Below, piece after piece: positions 54,947 to 64,000 of a stretch of 64,000 nt of DNA; within the stretch, counting starts at the first letter, position 1, and each line of letters opens with the position of its first letter. The notes beneath the pieces are model-generated. The model saw only the letters and a program-made list of their open reading frames with translations, made no database searches and had not been told where the DNA came from. The translations under genes were made by a program, and so were the position numbers. This DNA comes from Lepidodermella squamata (lineage: Eukaryota; Animalia; Gastrotricha): the NCBI GenBank assembly GCA_047495785.1, contig JBLDXI010000009.1, positions 5,022,001 through 5,086,000 of the forward strand, given 5' to 3'.

Positions 54947-55450
54947 CTCTTTCACGGCCATAAGAACGATTTCTGATTTTGACTTTGACAGTGTACTGTA
55001 AGTTCGGTTTGATGAATTTTTGACCCTTTTGACCAATAATACTTTCCGATGTCGGCTACAAGAATTTAAAACAATCAGAGTGTTATCCTATACCGTTTTG
55101 AAATTATGGCCATTTTATAATTGGTAACTGAGGTGCTGAATACTGACTTTTGAGAACTCATTTAAACTGAATATATTCGTTAATGTAAGTGAGGGGTGAT
55201 GTTAGGGACCTTCACGACAGTAATTTAGGATCTGAAATTCCAATGTTGAACGCATCTGATGTAGAAATCAGCTGCCTAAAAATCGCCTGCAATCAGCTAG
55301 GCCGATAGGGCGATTTCGACCACTCTTCGCATTCTTATACCGATAGATAGATAGATAAAGACAGACGGGTTTCAAAGTCGTGATCAGGACAATTGAAAAC
55401 CCCTTTCCAATAGTTTTCTTCCACAGATAAACAATTCGTCTGTGGAAGGG
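54947..55450. mobile_element. Non-autonomous piggyBac-like element with TTAA flanks
   Basis: TTAA-ctctttcacggc ... gtctgtggaaggg-TTAA; homologous in inverted orientation to 56993-57774. Confidence 0.65.
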
Positions 55451-55896
55451 TTAACCACCAAGCCCCACAAGTGAACCCTAAGCCGCAACATGTTAAATCA
55501 AGAGCATATAAATGGTGGTTTCACTAACTACTTCGGAGAGGCGTCCGAAGTTTTAGGCCACCGAAGTTTCTCAACAGCACTCCGACTTTGCGTAACTACA
55601 CACCGAAGTTAAGTAAAACCGCACTAATAGCTTCATATATTTCAAAAATTCATCAACTAAGTCCAAAAAATACGATATTTTCGATGAGTACCGGTAAGAT
55701 AGGGGGAACTTTACGCAGGATGTCGAAGGGACCATTTATGCATCAAATAATACTTTATTCATAACTCAATCAATGCTTGATAATATATCAACAGAAAATA
55801 AAACATCAAACGCTATTGAAATAATTCACTCATTTCCCATTTCCCATAAGCAAGTTCTCTCACGTCCTCTTGAAACTTAATGGCTGGGACGACTTG

Positions 55897-56270
55897 TTAT
55901 ATCTTCCTGTAAACCATTAGGGCGTTATTATCCACCCATGGCCTTTTGTCTCCAAAGAACGGTCCTGGGCATTTTTGGTACAACTCACATGTAGTTGTAC
56001 GAATGACGAACATGAAACCACTGCAGGATGCCTTGCCGTTCAGGCACGCCGTCGCACATGCCTGATCATCATTGGCGCTTATTGTATTTTTATTGCCGGT
56101 GCATGCAACCATTTGCCTAACGAAGCTGTCGAGGCTGGCTGTTACGGGAATAACAGATATTATCATTTAGGAAGTTTTGTTCAACTTGACAAACTTTTTG
56201 GTCTGCGATTACTGCGGCATTCAGCAGCCACAGCAACCACAGCTAGGAGAAGCAAAACTTTGAACTGCAT
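55897..56270 (-). CDS. Small secreted single PAN/Apple-domain protein, copy 2 (one intron)
   Basis: MQFKVLLLLAVVAVAAECRSNRRPK|TSLDSFVRQMVAC...CATACLNGKASCSGFMF...CELYQKC. Confidence 0.85.
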
Positions 56271-56992
56271 TGCCAGAATGGACGATAACTTGAAGTTGAA
56301 AAAAACTGTGAAAACGAATTGTAAAATTTTAGTTTTGTCGCGTTGCTTTTATAGCCAAAGCTAGTTTTCTTGGTGTATGGTGTATGAGAGATAGTCAAGT
56401 GATAAGTGGTGGATGGGACTTGCTGCTAGGCTTCCTCGAAGTCCATCTATTCTTTGTCAAATCGTGTTGGAATGTGGGTTCACCTGTTTTGTGCGCTAGG
56501 CGGCTAGACGGTTCTAGGCATTGTTATTACAAAAAACTATCTTTGGAACGATAGCAGAAAAGGGGGAAAAACGTGCGTAAGCACCGAAGCTTAGTTTTAG
56601 CAAATTAGGTTATTTTTCGTAAACAATCCAAAAGTGGCAAAACTTGCTTAATCGTTTATCAAATTGGTCTTGAAAAATTGCCAATATCAATTTTCTCTTG
56701 AACGCGAACGCTAACGGGAGATTTTGCCGGAACGGAACGGAGTTCCCGAGCTGTAATCAGGCAGCATTCATTAGTTGGTTATCCTTGCTGATCGTATACG
56801 AAGGAATGCTCGTAATAGTTTTTTTTCCACCGGATCAAGCCGGCTCGAGGGGACTTTTAGGCAGTGTTCCTCCTGAACAACGAGGGAGACTTTCTCGTAA
56901 ACAACGGTGAACATCAAATTTTCACTAAAACATCGACCCAAACAAATAATGTGGATCAATGTTAATAGTAATGCAAAATCCGGAAACCTTAA

Positions 56993-57774
56993 CCCTTTCA
57001 TGGCGGAATTATTTATCTGCAGGAGAAAAATTATTTGACGGCAGTTCTAGGGGTTTTCGAAGGCCCTGATAACGATTTTGAAACCCGTTTATCTCTATCT
57101 ATCACCGTTAATGCTGTACAAAAACTGGCCTAAATCATCCTATCCGCCCAGCTGATTTCAGCAAATTTTTTCCGAGCACCCTAATTTCTGTGTCCGGTGC
57201 CTCCAGCTTTGGAATTTTTTTTATTATAAATTACTCCCATGAATGTCCTCAAGATTCTCCCTCACTTAAATCGCCGAAAACATTCAGTTTAAAAAAGTTT
57301 CAGAGGCTCAGCATTCAGATCTGAATTCAGCTTTTCCAGTTTTTGCTCGCGATAGTTTTTGCAGCACAAAAACCACGCACTCCGCCTGTATGAGTCCTGG
57401 CGGATAGGACGATTTCGGCCGGTTTGATTAAATCTCAATAGCGTCGTCATTTTTAATTTCCAACTCGAAAAAATTTACACAGAGGTCAATGAGACTATGA
57501 CGGGCAGGGCGGTATTTTTTGTTGGGTCAAAAAATGATCAGAAACCTATGAGATTTCAAGTTGAAAAAAATCGAAATTTCAATCTCAGGTTGACTATTTT
57601 CAAATTGCTTGTATGTCCTGACCATGCAAGATAACGGCGCCCTGGTCTCAAAACCTTGTAGCAAACATCGAAAAGCAATATTCCTGAAAAGGGCGATCAA
57701 ACATTCATCGAATTCAATTTTCTGTGAATTTTCAAAGTCGAAATTCCGAAATCGTCCTTCCCGCCGTGAAAGGG
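56993..57774. mobile_element. Non-autonomous piggyBac-like element, 782 bp
   Basis: TTAA-ccctttcatggcgg ... ccgccgtgaaaggg-TTAA (13/14-nt TIR match, CCC ends, TTAA TSD). Confidence 0.8.
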
Positions 57775-57974
57775 TTAAGGGTTTAAATACTTTTTCCCTA
57801 AAAATGACTGAATATTGGCGCGAAAGTATCGAGGAAAGACGCGTTTTTGAACTAGTTCAAAAACTCAAAGCACTCGCCGTCCAATTTCTTTCAAAATTTG
57901 AAAATATTTATCGCGTGCTGTCTGGTTAAATTTCATTCTATAATTAGATTAGATATTATTTCTTGAACACCCTG

Positions 57975-58300
57975 TAGAAGCAAAACCTTGAACTGCATTT
58001 CCGGTAGAAGAAAATAACCTGAATTTGATGAATAGCAAAAATGATTTGAATAAATGTCGTGCTTTCCCTCGTTGCCTTTATAGCCTAACCTACTTTATTT
58101 GCTATACGAGATGTATCAAGTGATAGTGGTGGATGGAGACTTGCTGCTAGTCGTTCTCCATCTCCACCTATCATTTGTAGAATCGAATTCGAATGTGGGT
58201 TCATCTGCCTTTTACGCTAGACGTCGAGACGATTTAAGGAATTGTTATTGCAACAACATTCAGGTGCTATAGCCGAAGGAGAAAAACATGCGAAAGAACC
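57975..58300 (-). pseudogene. Truncated PAN-peptide gene copy (promoter plus first 8 codons)
   Basis: ATG at 57998 gives MQFKVLLL then runs into TA-cagggtgttcaag, a Tc1-like end; upstream 300 bp is collinear with the promoters of copies 1 and 2. Confidence 0.8.
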
Positions 58301-59527
58301 GCGTATGAGAAAATTAGGTCATCACCTCGTCATCACAAGACAATTCAAGGAGTCGGAAAACGAGGATTACTCAACTAAAAGCCGATATCATTTTCATTTA
58401 TCATATCGGTTGATCTCATTGAAGATACAAAATTATTGTTATTGTCCTGAAAAATTCCAGTCGACATTTACCAATTGAAAAGTTGTGGAGCCTGGGATGG
58501 ATCGTACATACCCCTAGTCGGGGTCATCCAAAGCCTTCCCCTATGTAAGGCTGAGCAGCCGAACTGAACACCTCCTACTAAAGTCCAGAGAAAGCAACTA
58601 ACATGAAATCTTATACAACCCAAAATTCTCTTATATGACCCTCTAGAGGGTTACATTTAAGGTTGACAACAGAGGATCTAGTTGTTGTAAGTGATCGCGC
58701 CTGATTTTATTCAAAATCTTGCAAATTTACCGGATAAATAATGGAGATTGCAGAAACAAGAAACAATGCAAAACCCTGGCAACACCTTTACCGAGCGGCG
58801 ACATTTCAAAGCCTGCCCGCTTACCTTTCGCAGCTTAAGTTTTTCAACTTCTAACTTTCATAATTCTCAATTCAATTAATAATATAATATTTATTGTTTA
58901 AATTCGGTGCCGTCATGCAGTGCTAACGTTGTTTGTTCAAGTGTCTTTTACCACCAACTCTGACAATTATGCACGTTATCACGGAATTGTAACGCGCAGA
59001 TGAATGGGCCATGAAAGATCCTGAGAAATCGAACGAAAATTCACTCTCGACAACTTCGCCGATAATGATGTGTAACATGCTTCTGCTAACTTGAAGTATC
59101 TCTCGCAATCCGTATTCGCTTACAGCCAACGGGTTTGCTGAAAAAAGTAAGAGCTCACAGAATCATGCGGTCGACAGAAGATACTAATCGTCTTGAGAAT
59201 GAGAGAGGCCCAATTTATTTCGAGTTACACTTCCGTGATCACGTACAACGTTTTTCTTCGGTTAGTCCCAAAAAAATTTTTTGCAATAACAATGCCTGGC
59301 GCTGTTTAACGCACATGGCAGGTGTACAAACTTCTCAACCGATTCGACAAGTGATGGCTGGCATTGGAGTAGGGCTGTAACAAGCCTCAGCCACCAGTTT
59401 TCACTCGACTACCTCCCATACAGCCAGAAAGTGGCTTTGGCTATATAAGCAACGCGAGGAAGCTCAAATTTTATTATTCACTTTCTTCAATTTCTTCATC
59501 AACTTCAGATTTTGGTTACTTCCAGCA

Positions 59528-59931
59528 ATGCAGTTCAAGATTTTGCTTATCCTGGCTGTGGTATTTGTGGTTGCTGAATGCGCACAGCGTCGTGGCGGCC
59601 CACATCAGCCTGGCAAGCCCAAACCAAAAAGTTTGTCACTTCAAGAGAACTAACCATTGGTGATAATCTATTATTCCTTTTTCCAGCTAGCCTTGACAAG
59701 TTCAAGTATATTCCCACAAAATGCGCAGGCAAGCATCAAAAGCATCCTAAGAGAGTCGAAGACACCAAGGAATGTGCGACAGCCTGCCTGAATGCCAAGA
59801 CGCCCTGTGATGGTTTCGTCTACTACGGTGAAACGTGCGAGCTTTACGAAAAATGCGGACCTGGCGCTCGGCTCAAGACCAGGCATTACGCCTACATCAA
59901 GAAAACCCCCGCTCCTTCGCATTCAGGATAA
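59528..59931 (+). CDS. Small secreted single PAN/Apple-domain protein, copy 3 (inverted; one intron)
   Basis: MQFKILLILAVVFVVAECAQRRGGPHQPGKPKPK|TSLDKFKYIPTKC...CATACLNAKTPCDGFVYYGETCELYEKC; same intron position as copies 1-2. Confidence 0.87.
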
Positions 59932-60862
59932 AGTGAGAGTCGACTGCTTGAGAAACGAGTGATTTGATTTGGTAGCGATTGCTGCGCTGATTTTTGTGAG
60001 ATATATTCATTCTCAAGGCATTGATGGATTGCGAATACCTAAATAAAGTGCGGAAAATATTATTTGCCGCGTATTTTATTAATTACTTCGCAACCGCGAG
60101 GAATTTTCCCAAGCGGCTTTCACCTGACGATAGATCATGTGTGCAGTGAACATTCCTAACGTCCTTCTGAAAGTCGGATTTCAGCGAAAAAATTGATGGC
60201 GAAATAGTTTTTAGTTATTTTTTGTGGGAACTCTCAAATTCAGGTTTTGGTCAGCTTTTGGGAGCACTATCCTACCGGATATGGAGCTAGCTTATGTGCT
60301 TAAGGTCGTGAGTCGTGGGTTCAACGCTGACGCTGCTTAATTTGCTATAGGTGCAGCAGCCAAGTGATCAGTGGTAGATGGAACTTACTGCAAGGCTTTC
60401 TCCTATTCCGAAATGACATTTTCAAATTGTGAAGAATCTGCGCCAACTTGGCGAAGCCATAATGTTTGGGTAGTCATATAAGTTCTGGTTAGAAACCGGT
60501 AACTCAGATCCATCTGAAAGACCTTGAATCTCTACGCAAGAGCGATGATCAGCCCTTGCTATTTCGGATGCATAAGGAGCATTGTTCAAAAATGAGAATT
60601 TTTCACGAAAATCACAAAAAGCCATCAAATCGGTTTTGTTCGAATGAAAAAAAGAAGAAAAACTTCCATCGGTCTGAAATTTTGAAATTGATTGCATGAC
60701 TCTTGAAATTGACTAATGGAATTCGGGTTTTAGATTCTTCTAGGCAACATTCATACGTAAAGGATCTTTCCTGAAATTTCCTCGAAACTCAGAAAATAGT
60801 CGCGACGAAGCATTATTTTATTTCAAAAAGACGCATAGATGAATGATGAAAACTGAAAAGCC

Positions 60863-62632
60863 TCAAAATCGACCCGATCGCATGTTGCCGCCAGGAAACG
60901 GCGAGACAATCGAAGACCGCCCGCCATTGCCCTTCTCACCGCCGCCAAAGTAGACGTGCTCGTCCTCGTAAACAGTCGTGTTCGAAGTCTTGGAGCTGTT
61001 GTTAGTACTATTCATATTCCCATTGCCAACGGCTACAACCGGCGCAGCCCTGCCCTTGCAGCACAGCAAAGACGCGGCTATGAGTCCGCCTATCGCCAAC
61101 AGACCGCCTATGGCGCCAACCACAGCGCCAATTATCGTATTTTGGGACACGTCCTCGCTGCTACTCGTGGTAGATGATGTTATGAAGAAGGTTGTTGTAA
61201 ATGTCCCGCTAATTTGGGTCGTATTGCCGGACCAAACCCAGTTGGACCCGCTTTGGGTGATGGTTACGTTGAGGGTTCCTGTTGCTGTTTTGAAGGGCGT
61301 GTCCCAGTCTGTGACCCAAACTGTCATTAGGTAGAAAGGCTGCGATGTGTAGTTGAATATCGCGTTGTAGACTGTACTGATGGTTCCAGTGTTTGATATT
61401 TGAAACTTCGAAAAGCCTTCGATTGGATTGACCGAGAATGAATACCTAACAACAAATCCAAATAAAAATTAATTAATTAAAAAAGCTACTCAATTATTTT
61501 AATAATTTATTTAGTTAACTAAAATAATTTTAATAAATGTTATTCATTTCCATTCTTACTTGAAAAGACCATTTTTCTGCGCATCGCCGCCACTCGTATC
61601 ATCGGGATCGGTGACCGATAAGAAGAAAAATGGCGTCGGGGCGATGATATTCGGCGGTATAACGACAGTATTCGGTAAATTGGCTATCACCGGCGCGTGA
61701 TTGGTCGGCAATACTCGAACAGTCAGTGTCGCAGTCGCTGTCAACTGCTTGACATTATCGGCCGCGAAGTAGTAAATGATGTATTGAGACACCTTGGTGT
61801 AGTTCAATTGACCAACAGGATTTATCAGATATATTCCTATAATCGAAAAATTTTTAGGTACTTGAATATCAAAATAATTGTTAATATTTTTAATTACTTT
61901 TGCTGATTTTTTGAAATTTTTTGAAAATTTATTTTGGATTAAAATACTTACGGCCTCGAACATCCATGCCGAAAAGGGTGCCGTTGCCCCAGGGTGACAC
62001 ATAGTCGATGCTCCAGCTAACCGGAGCATTATTAGCCCGGCATATCGCCGTCGCCGTGTAAATGACATCGGGCGTGGTGACACCCTCACTTATGCTAACT
62101 AGGTCATCGACGGGTGACGTAAAAACAGGCGCCGTATGCACCTTGTTCACGCTAACTGTCAACGTTCCAGTCGCTGTTGCCAGCCCTAGCGAATCATACG
62201 CTAGAATTTTCACTGAAGAAAATTAAAAATTAAAAAAAAACTAAGAAATTTTTGAATATTTTTACGGATATATTGTTGAGCGATTTCGTACTGTAACGGC
62301 GGGTAGAAACCGGCTTTAGCCGCATCGACGTACACCTGCCCGGTAGCTTCGTTGACTTGAAAGGCGGAGTTGAATGGCGAAACGGTGGAGATACTGAACC
62401 TTAACGCCGTTACATTTGTAGTCACCGTGTAAAAATAGTAAGGATAAGTCGCATTATCGTTCACTGTCACAACGCCGTTGTTATTCGCAGGGTTCGTAAA
62501 ACCATACTGGCCAACTTCAGGTAAATAAATTAAATCATTTTATAAAATATTTTCAAACAATTCCTTACCTGATTTATTGATTAGGAATATAAGGAAGATT
62601 AGATAGAAAATTCGGAATAAGTAAGGTGACAT
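60863..62632 (-). CDS. Type I membrane protein with three degenerate cadherin-like repeats (5 exons)
   Basis: Signal MSPYLFRIFYLIFLIFLINKS; FQVNEATGQV, LQYE, AYD..TLTVSV..APVF, VTDPD, TNHAP; TM IIGAVVGAIGGLLAIGGLIAASLLCC; short cytoplasmic tail; junctions in phase. Confidence 0.8.
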
Positions 62633-62884
62633 TATTTTATTGTCAGTGTGATTTCATTTTCACCATCCAAGACTTTTGGTGTGTTTTCTGTTTATTAAGT
62701 ACCTAGCTATGGAGTGAGTGGGCGGGATCAGCCTACTCCCGGGCGCCTTTCAATAGGTGCGCGTCCCCATAGCGGCCATTCACTGAAAAATATTGTGTAT
62801 GGCAATCCTACATGAATGGATGAACTCACAAATCCTAAAAATTTATCTAATGAAATATGCGGAAATTTTGAATAACCTAAAAAA

Positions 62885-63986
62885 ATGGCATCGGTTCCAC
62901 TGTGGTACCTGAACTTGGTGATACTAGTCCTAGAGCTAGGTCAGACCTCAGCTGTGAGCTACATCACAGTTTTGCAGTCACCCTTGGGTTATAATATTCG
63001 AGAGGATCAAAGTGGCTCGTTCTTCGATTATCAGGTAATTTTGTTAAATTTCCGTATTTTTTGATAATTTTCCGATAATTTCAGCTTCTTGCTCAATCTG
63101 ACACCTCTGGCACCCTGACATGGTCGGTCTACAGTAGCTCGCCCGCTATAACGAGTGCTACATGGGGCATCCAGGCTAATAGTGACGGGACAGTGGCGTA
63201 TTTCGGCTATTCTGGGGCGAGTTCTGGCGCGTTTTCCTACTCTAAAGCTCAAACTTATATTGTGACGATTCTGACCACAGCGACTGATACGACTGATTTG
63301 ACGACTACGTCCTATATTAGGGTCAATATTGTAGCTGTTAGCCAGAAACCAACAGTAACACCTACAACAGCGTTCGCTGTTATCGGGTAATTATTTTAAA
63401 ATTAGATTCAATTTATTGAAAAATGGATGAAAGATGAACTTATATAATTATTTTCAAACGTTTTAATAGGCAATATGCGGCACCCTACACCTGCGTCCTG
63501 GCAAATGTGAATGTGACCTCTGGAACAGGATGCGCCGCAACTTATGCCGCCTATGACCGTCAAAACTCAGCCCTCAGCTACGGAATTTCCGGAGTGTCTC
63601 CAACAGCTGGAGCCGCATTTTTCATCACAGATGTAATTCTTCATTTTTCAAGCTCAAAATCATTTTTAATTTCAAGTTTTTATTAGAGCGGAGGCCGAGT
63701 TGTGACCACGCCCGTTTTTTCGCTCTCAGCCGTGGCCTCATCAATATATTCCGTTAACCTCAATGTTGTCAACAATGTGTCACCCACCCGGTTGACATCG
63801 ACCTTGACGCTATCAGTGAGCGTTGTCGCTGGTCCTGTTAAATTGACGCTGTCTAACCTACCTGGCTACACAACATTACAAGACACCGTTGGGGGTGGTT
63901 CACTGGTATTCCCCATTGCAATATCGGGCGGAACATCTGGTGTCACGTCATACTCGACTACATTTTCATCGGTAATTAAAATATGA
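62885..63986 (+). CDS. Cadherin-like repeat protein, 3'-partial, divergent from the previous gene
   Basis: Signal MASVPLWYLNLVILVLELGQTSA; IRED, FSYSKAQTYIVTI..ATD..IRVNIV...KP, AYD, LTLSV...NLP; exons from 62885, 63085, ~63470, ~63687. Confidence 0.7.
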
Positions 63987-64000
63987 GATTTTTCATTTTA

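Overview
Eukaryotic DNA from a gene-dense invertebrate animal genome, with mostly 50-70 nt GT-AG introns that fragment the supplied ORF track. No prokaryotic features, rRNA, intact tRNA or CRISPR were found. Hand-spliced gene order: peroxisomal (SKL) enoyl-CoA hydratase; an uncertain minus-strand gene or pseudogene; CUB-trypsin protease; two tandem GT10 alpha-1,3-fucosyltransferases; two divergently oriented SLC26A11-like transporters flanking a cluster of 59-99 aa two-exon MG-x3-[AP]RP microprotein genes whose shared N-termini the ORF track does not resolve; an ankyrin-repeat protein; four tandem GABA-B-like class C GPCRs (third disrupted, plus two relic fragments); a receptor tyrosine kinase with a LamG-like x2 + C-type-lectin x2 ectodomain; a Thr-rich mucin ending in two Cys modules each followed by RRKR; three secreted single-PAN/Apple-domain peptide genes plus truncated copies; and a head-to-head pair of degenerate cadherin-like genes. 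Several non-autonomous DNA transposons (TA, TTAA and 9-bp TSD types) and retroelement relics are interspersed. The best novelty candidates are the microprotein cluster, the lectin-type RTK, the GPCR array and the PAN peptide family. All gene models and family calls come from manual translation and motif recognition; no database search was run.
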